From positions 142-64,141 of the forward strand of contig JACRPZ010000005.1 in NCBI GenBank assembly GCA_016222905.1: a DNA stretch of 64,000 bases, in the 5' to 3' direction. Both the position numbers and the translations under genes were made by a program. Of this stretch, positions 56,252 to 64,000 are shown piece after piece (position 1 is the stretch's first letter; the number at the start of each line of letters is the position of its first letter). The notes below the pieces were generated by a model, which saw nothing but the letters and a program-made list of their open reading frames with translations, did no database searches and was not told the origin of the DNA. This stretch comes from Nitrospirota bacterium. Its GTDB lineage: Bacteria > Nitrospirota > Thermodesulfovibrionia > UBA6902.

Positions 56252-56533
56252 TCAGTAGCCGTATCTTATATCAAAGCGGTCAAATTCACCGGTATATTCA
56301 TCCCATTTTTCTTCAATTTTTGAGACATAGGCGCCCGAAGGGCCATTCCGGCACCACTGCAAAACCTGAGTAAGATCCTTTTCATGACCTTCGAAGAGAG
56401 CCTCAACAGAGCCGTCAGGCATATTTCTTACCCATCCTTTCAGGCCGAGCTTTACCGCAATGTCCCTTGTGCTTGCCCGATAGAGTACGCCCTGGACACG
56501 TCCCTTAATAATCAGATGAAGTCGCTTTTGCAT
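56252..56533 (-). CDS. acyP: Acylphosphatase
   Basis: IKGRVQGVLYR and GWVRNMPDGSVE acylphosphatase signatures, 93 aa. Confidence 0.85.
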   Translation of the reverse strand: MQKRLHLIIKGRVQGVLYRASTRDIAVKLGLKGWVRNMPDGSVEALFEGHEKDLTQVLQWCRNGPSGAYVSKIEEKWDEYTGEFDRFDIRYGY

Positions 56534-56674
56534 ATAAAAGTAAAGAAATCTTTCCGTTTGAATATAGCAGAAAAATGCAAAAAGTTCTTGACAATCGGAT
56601 CCGCATATGCTTTAGTAATAGTTACAATATAATAATCATTCTATTTAACTAAACTAAAAAAGGAGGGCGGAGAA

Positions 56675-57295
56675 ATGACGGAAATATGCGAATGTTTAGG
56701 GTGTAATGTGGGGGCCAAGGTGCCGGATTTTCAGATGGAGACTTATGAGCCGGCAAAGGCGGATTTTGGGGAGATAAGCCTCAGGAACCTCATGAAGAAC
56801 AAGAAGTGGACAATACTCTTCTTCTATCCGGCCGACTTCACTTTTGTATGCGCAACAGAATTTGCAGCTTTAGCTGATGCGTACAAAGAGATCAAAAAAC
56901 TCGGGGCAGAGGTCATCACCGTCAGCGCTGATACGAAATTTGTACATCTTGCCTGGCAGAGGGAGGAGAAACAGCTTGAGAAGGTTTTATACCCTATGGG
57001 TTCAGACACAACCGGCAAGGTTTCAAAAATGTTCGGTGTTTATGACAGCGCGACAGGGCTTGCGCTGAGGGGAACATTTATCATAAGTCCTGAAGGCAGT
57101 CTTGTCAGTTCTGAGGTAAACTATTATAATGTGGGAAGAAACATTGACGAACTGCTGAGAAAGCTTAAGGCTAATATATATGTTTCAAAGTATAGCGATC
57201 AGGTCTGCCCGGCTTCATGGAAAGAGTCAGGAGACAAAACACTTAAGCCCTCAGCAAAGCTTGTCGGCAGAGTTCATGAGGCTTTAAACAAATAA
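56675..57295 (+). CDS. Peroxiredoxin (AhpC/TSA family, 2-Cys)
   Basis: FFYPADFTFVCATE peroxidatic Cys region with a resolving Cys near the C-terminus. Confidence 0.85.
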   Translation: MTEICECLGCNVGAKVPDFQMETYEPAKADFGEISLRNLMKNKKWTILFFYPADFTFVCATEFAALADAYKEIKKLGAEVITVSADTKFVHLAWQREEKQLEKVLYPMGSDTTGKVSKMFGVYDSATGLALRGTFIISPEGSLVSSEVNYYNVGRNIDELLRKLKANIYVSKYSDQVCPASWKESGDKTLKPSAKLVGRVHEALNK

Positions 57296-57370
57296 AACAA
57301 GAGAAGATGCAACCTTCATGGATTCTGAGAGGCAGTGAAAGAGATAACAGTTGAGGAGTAAATAATATCT

Positions 57371-57417
57371 TCATAAGGCATAACATGAGCTGGAAAGCTT
57401 TATGTTATGCCTTATGA
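57371..57417. promoter_or_regulatory. Perfect 16-bp inverted repeat (TCATAAGGCATAACAT-N15-ATGTTATGCCTTATGA) upstream of the flavodiiron gene
   Basis: Read directly. Lies 26 bp before the GTG/ATG region of the FDP gene with no adjacent T-run, so it is more likely an operator than a terminator. Confidence 0.4.
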
Positions 57418-57442
57418 AAAAATGGCATTTTAAGGAGGAAGT

Positions 57443-58660
57443 GTGAAGGCTGTTGAGATAAAACCTGATATCTACTGGACAGGAGCGGTTGATTGGGCTG
57501 TAAGGGACTTTCACGGTTATGTGACCCCGCGGGGAACGACGTATAACAACTATCTTATAAAAGATGATAAGATCACGCTTATTGATACTGTCAAACATGA
57601 CTTCTCAAGCATCACCATAGATAATATCAAGAGCGTTGTTGACCCTTCAAAAATAGTTAATATTGTGATAAATCACATAGAGCCTGACCATGCCAGTTCT
57701 TTAGGCGAGATAATGAAACTTGTGCCCGATGCAGATATTTATATCACAGGGAAAGGCAAGATCGGCCTTGACAGGCATTTTGATACCTCTAAGTGGAAGA
57801 TGAATATTGTTAAGAGCGGTGATACTATAAATACCGGCAAATATAATCTTCTCTTTCTTGAAACCCCCATGCTCCATTGGCCTGACTCGATGATGACCTA
57901 TGTAAAGGAGGCAAAGCTGTTAATCAGCCAGGACGCATTTGGACAGCATATCGCCTCATCATCAAGGTTTGATGATGACTTCACATCATGCGCCTCAGCA
58001 TCAGAACTTGAAGACGCGGTAGTTGAATACTATGCAAATATCCTGATGCCGTTTGGAGCATTAATAAAGAGCAAGATTGCCGAGATAGAGAAACTCGGGC
58101 TTGATATTGATATGATCGCGCCCGACCACGGTATTATATGGAGAAGAGAGCCTCAAAAGGTCTTAAAGATGTACCTTGATATGGCTGAAGGTAAAGCTGA
58201 TCCGAACATCGTGATAATTTACGATACGATGTGGCACAGCACAGGAAAGATGACTTTACCGATCTCACAGGGCATACAGGATGAGGGAATTGACTGCAAG
58301 GTAATAAAACTGCGCGCAACTCCGATGAGCATCGCCATTAAAGAGTTCTGGAAATCAAGAGGAGCTCTTATAGGCAGTCCTACCCTGAATAATCTTTTGT
58401 ATCCATCCGTAGCAGAGTTTCTGACACATCTCAGGGGCCTGCGCCCAAAGAATAGAATTACAGGGGCTTTCGGGAGTTACGGATGGGGAGGTGGGGCAGT
58501 AAAGAACGCTTACGAGGAATTTAAAAGCATGAAGTTAGAGACGGTTGAACCCGGACTTCAAGTACATTACAAGCCTGATCTTAATGACGAGACCAAATGC
58601 TATGAATTCGGCAGGAATTTTGCTAAAAAGGTCAAGGAATACCATCAACAGTTTGAATAA
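57443..58660 (+). CDS. Flavodiiron protein (FprA / rubredoxin:oxygen oxidoreductase family)
   Basis: N-terminal metallo-beta-lactamase-like diiron domain (HxExDH: NHIEPDH) plus a C-terminal flavodoxin-like domain. Confidence 0.9.
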   Translation: MKAVEIKPDIYWTGAVDWAVRDFHGYVTPRGTTYNNYLIKDDKITLIDTVKHDFSSITIDNIKSVVDPSKIVNIVINHIEPDHASSLGEIMKLVPDADIYITGKGKIGLDRHFDTSKWKMNIVKSGDTINTGKYNLLFLETPMLHWPDSMMTYVKEAKLLISQDAFGQHIASSSRFDDDFTSCASASELEDAVVEYYANILMPFGALIKSKIAEIEKLGLDIDMIAPDHGIIWRREPQKVLKMYLDMAEGKADPNIVIIYDTMWHSTGKMTLPISQGIQDEGIDCKVIKLRATPMSIAIKEFWKSRGALIGSPTLNNLLYPSVAEFLTHLRGLRPKNRITGAFGSYGWGGGAVKNAYEEFKSMKLETVEPGLQVHYKPDLNDETKCYEFGRNFAKKVKEYHQQFE

Positions 58661-58711
58661 GAACATTTCATAAAAAAATTTTTTGCGGCAGATAGAATAC
58701 AGGAGGTAATT

Positions 58712-58843
58712 ATGTGGCGATGTACTATATGCGGTTATGAATATGATGAGGCAAAGGAAGGCATAAAATTTGAAGATCTTCCTGATGATTGGAAATGCCC
58801 TGTATGCGGCGCTCCAAAAGAATCATTTGAAAAAGTAGTATAA
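58712..58843 (+). CDS. Rubredoxin (43 aa; absent from the ORF track, which omits ORFs under 60 aa)
   Basis: [13 protein letters not shown]...[19 protein letters not shown] carries two CxxCG knuckles. RBS aggagg. Confidence 0.85.
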   Translation: MWRCTICGYEYDEAKEGIKFEDLPDDWKCPVCGAPKESFEKVV

Positions 58844-59055
58844 TGCGCAAAGGAATTACTGAGAAAGATGTCATGGAAATTCTGGAAAGCATAAAAAGCC
58901 AAGTGAACGCACACGATGGTTTTATAGAGTTAGGGGAGATAAAGGATAATAAAGTGGTGATACACTGCGGGGGCGAGTGTGCTCCTTGTGATAATAAATG
59001 TATTGAAGAAGCGCTCAAACATAAGATTCCTGATATTGAGGTAATATTCCGGTAA
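58843..59055 (+). CDS. NifU-like (Nfu C-terminal domain-like) small Fe-S protein
   Basis: HCGGECAPC motif. ATG overlaps the rubredoxin stop (TAATG). Confidence 0.55.
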   Translation: MRKGITEKDVMEILESIKSQVNAHDGFIELGEIKDNKVVIHCGGECAPCDNKCIEEALKHKIPDIEVIFR

Positions 59056-59141
59056 AGTGTCTGCCATGCGGACACGAATCAAAATATTTTATAGTAAAAT
59101 ATGAAGAATATTAATATAGCTACTTGAAAAAGGAGGAAACT

Positions 59142-59267
59142 ATGGCGGTCAAAGATGTTGGAGAAAACTATAAATGCAATATCTGCGGAAATGAAGTAAC
59201 TGTCACAAAAGCCGGTGGAGGCACTCTGGTCTGCTGCGGTCAGGATATGGAGTTGATTTCAAAATAA
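59142..59267 (+). CDS. dsr: Desulforedoxin (41 aa; absent from the ORF track, which omits ORFs under 60 aa)
   Basis: [27 protein letters not shown] matches the desulforedoxin Cx2C...CC Fe(Cys)4 pattern. RBS aaaggagg. Confidence 0.8.
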   Translation: MAVKDVGENYKCNICGNEVTVTKAGGGTLVCCGQDMELISK

Positions 59268-59345
59268 ATTTAATCAATCGTCAAGCCTGTCCGTCAAGCA
59301 AACTTGACAGTAGGATGCAGTGTTATTTCCCAATTGGGTGGGGAA

Positions 59346-60044
59346 TCAGTGTTTTATGCTTGTGTTCTCAATAATGACCGCATATTTATAACCGCCGCCG
59401 AAATCCTTGTTGTTGTATAAAGTGCCGCTTGCGGTCACCACATCCCCGACTGATGGAAGGTCATTGCTGGTCATCACAAGGTCATTACTCCCTGTTTTTG
59501 CATCACCACTGCCATCCTGAATGTGGATCCAGTTCTTTTTCATGACACCGGCAGAAACCTTAACCACCGTCCCTTTTACTATGACTTTTTTATTTTCGAG
59601 CTTATTCCCGTTCTTGTATATTTCCGCGACCGTATATGCGTTCGTACCAGAAGCTTTCTCCACTTTTACCTTCTCAGTTGCAGTAACAGCGTTCTTTTGG
59701 CTGACAATGGATTTCGTCTCGCTTCCCTTGCCAGTCTGCTCAACAACACCGCCTGAAAAAATTATCCTGTCAAATGTGCGATTCATGGTCTTGCTCTTAA
59801 AATCCTGCATCTCTGCCCCGGGAGCAAAAGATATACTTTGCCCCTTGACCACCTTTGTTGACGGCACCGCCACCCAAGTCTTCTTACCGCTATTTTCGAT
59901 CTGAACATAGGTATATCCACCGCTGTCCATAGTTTCAATCACCTTACCCGTCAGAGCATCCTCTGCAAAAGATGAAAGGACACCGCCAGGTACCAATAAT
60001 GCAAGCGCCAGAAAGATCAACGTTATTCTCAGAAAAGTTTTCAT
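59346..60044 (-). CDS. Hypothetical secreted protein (signal peptide; longest ORF extends to 60146)
   Basis: MKTFLRITLIFLALALLVPGGVLSSFA signal peptide. No recognised domain. Confidence 0.55.
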   Translation of the reverse strand: MKTFLRITLIFLALALLVPGGVLSSFAEDALTGKVIETMDSGGYTYVQIENSGKKTWVAVPSTKVVKGQSISFAPGAEMQDFKSKTMNRTFDRIIFSGGVVEQTGKGSETKSIVSQKNAVTATEKVKVEKASGTNAYTVAEIYKNGNKLENKKVIVKGTVVKVSAGVMKKNWIHIQDGSGDAKTGSNDLVMTSNDLPSVGDVVTASGTLYNNKDFGGGYKYAVIIENTSIKH

Positions 60045-60464
60045 TATAAAGCTCCTTTTAATTGTAATAGATTTTACCTTGGTCTCCGAATGAAAACTAT
60101 AAGGTGGTTTATTATAACTTTTTTTAAAGGAATAAAGTAGAAGCACAGAATCAGATTGTTTCTTGCAAAACCTGCCATAATTTCTGCTTGTGCATTCCAG
60201 TTATTGACATAGTTACTTGGCATGCGTAAACTAAACATGCATAATGCGCGGCTTTAATGCAGAAAAAGTTTGACCAGAACAGTAGATGAAGAGATTTATG
60301 AAGGTCTTCATAAGAGCATATGTCCTCATAAAATCAGTACATTTGTTGAGGAATTAGTTCGCCCAAATAACATCCAACTTGATATTTACTGACGGAACAC
60401 TAATAGTCAAATCCATCGGATGCGGTGAGAATACGCCGTTTAATAATTCAACAAAGGAGGAAGT

Positions 60465-60872
60465 ATGCAAAAGAACAAGCTTTACGTAGGAAACTTATCT
60501 TATTCAGTGGACGAGTCACAATTGAAGGATTTATTTACTTCATATGGTGAAATCAATGAGGTAACACTGATAAAAGATAGGGATACCGGAAGATCAAAAG
60601 GGTTTGCTTTTATTACTTTTGCCACCACCGAAGCAGCGGAAAAAGCCCTGGAGCAGGACGGCAAGGAGCATGATGGCAGACCTTTAAAAGTAAATGCAGC
60701 CCAGGAAAAAGAACGAAGTGACCGTGGCGGCAGAAGCGGTGGTTTTGGCGGAGATAAACCGGGAAGCAAACGCGGTGGTTTTGGCGGCGGTAAACCGGGA
60801 AGCAAACGTGGTGGTTTTGGCGGGGGCGGTGGCAAACGCGGTGATCGTAGTAATGATCGTAATCGGTGGTAA
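60465..60872 (+). CDS. RRM-type RNA-binding protein with Gly/Arg-rich repetitive tail
   Basis: RNP2 LYVGNL, RNP1 KGFAFITF, and a C-terminal (GGFGG[D/G]KPGSKR) repeat. Confidence 0.85.
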   Translation: MQKNKLYVGNLSYSVDESQLKDLFTSYGEINEVTLIKDRDTGRSKGFAFITFATTEAAEKALEQDGKEHDGRPLKVNAAQEKERSDRGGRSGGFGGDKPGSKRGGFGGGKPGSKRGGFGGGGGKRGDRSNDRNRW

Positions 60873-60945
60873 CAGCGGGAAATATTTTATGATGTGAACG
60901 TGCTGTTTACCATTATTCAATATTTTACTGAAGGCTCTATAGCTG

Positions 60946-61797
60946 TCAATAAAACTCTTGCAGAATATGTGCGGCCTTTAATTTATCAAAAGGCTGTTTC
61001 ACTAATGGATTATCCTTAATGACAGGAATCCTCTCCTCAAAAATCGGGCGATGGTTTTTATAAATAATGCCTATGGGAATTTTATCTCCCCATTCAAGCG
61101 CCTTCTTGAACGCTTCTATTTTATCCTCAGGATTATATTCAGGTTCTATGTGGTAGACCCTTTGTCTATACCAATCATACGTATTGATTTTATTGAAAGT
61201 AATACACGGCTGAAGAATATCAAGAAGGGAAAAACCCTTATGGCTTATCGCCTCTTTTATCAAAGCTTTCAGATGAATTATGTCGCCCGCATAACCTCTG
61301 GCTGCAAAACTGCAATCAAGCGCAACTGCCAAAGCCATTGGGTTAAGCTGTTCTGAAAAAACACCGAACGGCTGGTTCTTTGTTGTCATGCCTTCCGTGC
61401 TTGTCGGTGAAGCCTGGCCTTTTGTAAGCCCGTATATCTGATTGTCATGAACAAAGAGTTTTACGTTTATGTTTCTTCTCATCGCATGAATCAGATGATT
61501 TCCGCCTTCACCGTAACAGTCGCCGTCTCCCGCAACAGCGGCAACAAGCATATTATGATTGGAAAGCCTTATCCCTGTTGCAACAGGAAGGGTTCTTCCA
61601 TGCAGACCATTAAATGTATTGCATTTCAGGTAATGCGGGAATTTCCCTGCCTGCCCTATTCCGGAGACTATCGTGAACTGATGCGGCTCTATCCCAAGTT
61701 CAACAATCGCAGACTTGAACGCATTAAGAATACCGAAGTTACCGCAGCCTGTACACCATGCAGGTGTCTGTCCTTTATAATCTTCCAATGAGGGCAT
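60946..61797 (-). CDS. korB: 2-oxoacid:ferredoxin oxidoreductase beta subunit (TPP-binding)
   Basis: WCTGCGNFGIL Cys motif, TPP-binding GDG...N region. Confidence 0.85.
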   Translation of the reverse strand: MPSLEDYKGQTPAWCTGCGNFGILNAFKSAIVELGIEPHQFTIVSGIGQAGKFPHYLKCNTFNGLHGRTLPVATGIRLSNHNMLVAAVAGDGDCYGEGGNHLIHAMRRNINVKLFVHDNQIYGLTKGQASPTSTEGMTTKNQPFGVFSEQLNPMALAVALDCSFAARGYAGDIIHLKALIKEAISHKGFSLLDILQPCITFNKINTYDWYRQRVYHIEPEYNPEDKIEAFKKALEWGDKIPIGIIYKNHRPIFEERIPVIKDNPLVKQPFDKLKAAHILQEFY

Positions 61798-63499
61798 TTA
61801 TTTCTCCTGTTAGTTCTTCCAATAAAAACGGTCTTCCATCAAATCTGTTAATCTGTGCCTTGAACTCAAAACCTGTTTCCGTCCTCATGAGCCTTGCAAA
61901 CTGTCCTGTTGCATTGTTTTCTATACAGACAGCCAGTTTTGCATTACCCAATAATTTCAGATAATCAAACTTGTCCGTTGACGGAAACGGATAGATCTCG
62001 CTGAAATGAAGCATCGCTATCTTCTTATTAGCAGAAAGCATATCAACAGCCTCCTTCATAACTCCATAATTTGAACCCCATCCGACGATCACTATTTCAG
62101 GAACAGGATCACCGTAAAGAACAGGTGGTTCAATCTCCTGTTTTATCAAAGGTAATTTCCTGAGCAGCCTCTTATTTACCATCTTGATCCTTGTCTCCGC
62201 ATCTTCAACAATATGCCCTTCTTCGTCATGCTCATCGCTGTCAGTCACAACAAGATGCCTTGAATATCCGGGCACGCCGAGCGGAGAAACACCGTTTTCA
62301 GTAAAGGCATGTCTTTTGTATTCAGGAAGGTTATGAAACGCATCTCCCCTGAGCCTGTAATCATCGTATTTAATTTTTTCGATATCAAATCCCTCATAAG
62401 TCCATTCTGAATCCGCAAGATAAGTGTCAAAGATTACAATGGCCGGAATCTGATATTTTTCCGCAAGATCAAAAGCCTTGTTGGTAAGATAAAATGCCTG
62501 CTCAGGAGTTCCCGGGGCAAATATTACCCTCGGGAATTCGCCGTGGGCTGTGTACAGCGCAAAGTTAAGATCGCCCTGCTCTGTCCTTGTGGGTAATCCC
62601 GTTGCAGGGGCAGGCCTCTGTCCAAGCGCAATAACAACAGGCGTCTCTGTCATCCCTGCAAGAGAAAGACCTTCGACCATCAGGGCAAAACCGCCTCCCG
62701 CGGTCCCTGTCATTGCGCGCACACCGGCAAAAGATGCTCCGAGAGCCATATTAATTGCGGCTATTTCATCTTCAGCCTGTTCTACTATTATTCCATATTC
62801 CTTCCCCTTGCCCGCAATATAGTTCATAATGCCCGTTGACGGCGTCATTGGATAAGCCGAATAGAACTTGCAGCCGGATGCGATTGCGCCAAGGCCGATA
62901 GCATCAACCCCTGATATCAGCATCTTCGGTTTTGACGGTTGCGCTAAAGAAAATGAGCATTTAGTGCAGTTCTTAACAGCGAAATCATGACCTGTTACTG
63001 CGGCATTTATATTGCCTTCCATCACCTTCCCGCCTTTCTTCTGGAAGGCCTCATTTAAAATACCCTTAAGAATATCTACATCCATTCCCAATAAACCAAG
63101 CACCGCTCCGGTGGCAACGGTATTGGACATTATCTTCTCTCCGCCGTGCTCTTCAGCAAGTTTTGAGAACGGCACATCGAGAAAAGAAGGTTCATCGTGT
63201 TTCTGCTTTAATGAAGATGAATCGTAAATGATCAGCCCGCTCCCAGAAAGTTCATTCTTGTGAAGAGCTATGCTTTCATGATCAAGGGCCACCAAGATAT
63301 CAATCTTCTCTCTTGATGCGGTAACGGGATTCTCAGATACTCTTATCTGGAAAAAGTTATGTCCGCCTCTTATGCGGGATTCATAATCCTGATGGGTAAA
63401 GACGTGATAGCCGGTCCTTGCAAAGACCTTTGCAAGAGTATCTCCTATAGTCTGTATGCCCTGCCCTGCTTCACCGCCTATTTTAATCGTATAGTCCAT
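61775..63499 (-). CDS. korA: 2-oxoacid:ferredoxin oxidoreductase, fused gamma/alpha subunit
   Basis: N-terminal gamma-like GGEAGQGIQTIG, then the alpha domain (YPMTPSTGIM..., GGGFALM). Confidence 0.85.
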   Translation of the reverse strand: MDYTIKIGGEAGQGIQTIGDTLAKVFARTGYHVFTHQDYESRIRGGHNFFQIRVSENPVTASREKIDILVALDHESIALHKNELSGSGLIIYDSSSLKQKHDEPSFLDVPFSKLAEEHGGEKIMSNTVATGAVLGLLGMDVDILKGILNEAFQKKGGKVMEGNINAAVTGHDFAVKNCTKCSFSLAQPSKPKMLISGVDAIGLGAIASGCKFYSAYPMTPSTGIMNYIAGKGKEYGIIVEQAEDEIAAINMALGASFAGVRAMTGTAGGGFALMVEGLSLAGMTETPVVIALGQRPAPATGLPTRTEQGDLNFALYTAHGEFPRVIFAPGTPEQAFYLTNKAFDLAEKYQIPAIVIFDTYLADSEWTYEGFDIEKIKYDDYRLRGDAFHNLPEYKRHAFTENGVSPLGVPGYSRHLVVTDSDEHDEEGHIVEDAETRIKMVNKRLLRKLPLIKQEIEPPVLYGDPVPEIVIVGWGSNYGVMKEAVDMLSANKKIAMLHFSEIYPFPSTDKFDYLKLLGNAKLAVCIENNATGQFARLMRTETGFEFKAQINRFDGRPFLLEELTGEINALIGRL

Positions 63500-63511
63500 T
63501 ATGATATTAAA

Positions 63512-64000
63512 TCAATTTTTAAATTTAATCTCAATAAAATTCTCTAAACCAACGGGATCAGCGATCGGTTCAAAACAGGTATTGCCGATGCACGGGATGA
63601 TACACCTGTTATCGTCCCCAAATACAATTGATTTATAAGGCCGAAAAACTGATAATGCAGACTTTGCCAATTCGCTGTCAGGAAGTGTCTGTATCGTAAG
63701 CTTAAGCATGTTAAAGCTTGCATCAAGAGCTATGAAATAATAAGCTGAGTGAATGCCCAGCTCCTGTGCCTTTACTGAAAAGTATTTCAATGACGAGTCA
63801 GCATAGCTCTTATATTTTTCATCTTCGGTTATATGATACAGCTTCATTAACAGGATTACCGCTATCGAATTAGAGGAAGGGTGAGGCATATCTTCGATGC
63901 CTTTTATTCGTATATCGAGCAGGCTGTCCGCGGAATCAAAGAATCCGCCATTTTCGCTGTCCCATAAACGGTCAATGCAAACATTCATGATCTCTTCAGC
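63512..64000 (-). CDS. Partial CDS (5' end beyond window): DUF255/YyaL-like thioredoxin-domain protein, C-terminal portion
   Basis: DRLWDSENGGFFDS...PHPSSNSIAVILLMKLY matches the six-hairpin glycosidase-like C-terminal part of the YyaL family. The ORF runs off the window end. Confidence 0.5.
   Translation of the reverse strand, partial: AEEIMNVCIDRLWDSENGGFFDSADSLLDIRIKGIEDMPHPSSNSIAVILLMKLYHITEDEKYKSYADSSLKYFSVKAQELGIHSAYYFIALDASFNMLKLTIQTLPDSELAKSALSVFRPYKSIVFGDDNRCIIPCIGNTCFEPIADPVGLENFIEIKFKN

Noticed and set aside
56580-56640. PerR/Fur-type box upstream of the peroxiredoxin gene
   Set aside because: Only a TTGACA/TATAAT-like promoter and AT-rich near-palindromes (ACAATATAATAATCAT) are present. 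The match to the TTATAATNATTATAA PerR consensus is too weak to call.

Overview
This 64-kb window is a chromosomal segment from a bacterium with anaerobe-type gene content: desulforedoxin, rubredoxin, a flavodiiron protein, 2-oxoacid:ferredoxin oxidoreductase, a sigma-54 activator and Crp/Fnr. Most of it is housekeeping and stress genes. These include an RND efflux pump with a TetR regulator, two universal stress proteins, the MoxR/DUF58/transglutaminase triad, atpB-atpE, ftsY, a TPP-riboswitch-controlled thiH-thiS-thiG-thiE-thiC operon, bioW-bioB, korAB and two toxin-antitoxin pairs. RNA genes are tRNA-Val, tRNA-Ile and tRNA-Ala plus a 5S rRNA with no 16S/23S. The strongest candidate for an undescribed system is a lysine-rich, apparently AT-rich four-gene operon at 37024-43595 whose genes overlap start-to-stop. 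It encodes an SNF2-family helicase, a gamma-class N6-adenine methyltransferase, a single-target-recognition-domain specificity subunit, and a Type IIB-like protein with a PD-(D/E)xK nuclease domain fused to a methyltransferase domain whose motifs X and IV are degenerate. This looks like a helicase-coupled restriction-modification or defence system in an arrangement I cannot match to Type I, IIB, ISP, DISARM or BREX. The second candidate is a radical SAM/SPASM maturase (10706-11764). Upstream of it lie an unannotated 34-aa ORF with a strong ribosome-binding site and an intrinsic terminator placed between peptide and enzyme, the classic layout of a ribosomally synthesised and post-translationally modified peptide (RiPP) locus. 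Two families of intergenic repeats are present. One is a ~35-bp element in three copies built on a C5/G5 hairpin. The other is a ~100-bp bipartite element in three copies carrying a canonical G-quadruplex motif, with one copy inside the thi operon. Other points of interest are a heptanucleotide x4 repeat inside a signal-peptide coding region, a small island next to tRNA-Val, unannotated rubredoxin and desulforedoxin genes, and a ThiH homolog carrying a HydG-like CX2CX22C tail. No CRISPR array, transposase or integrase was seen.
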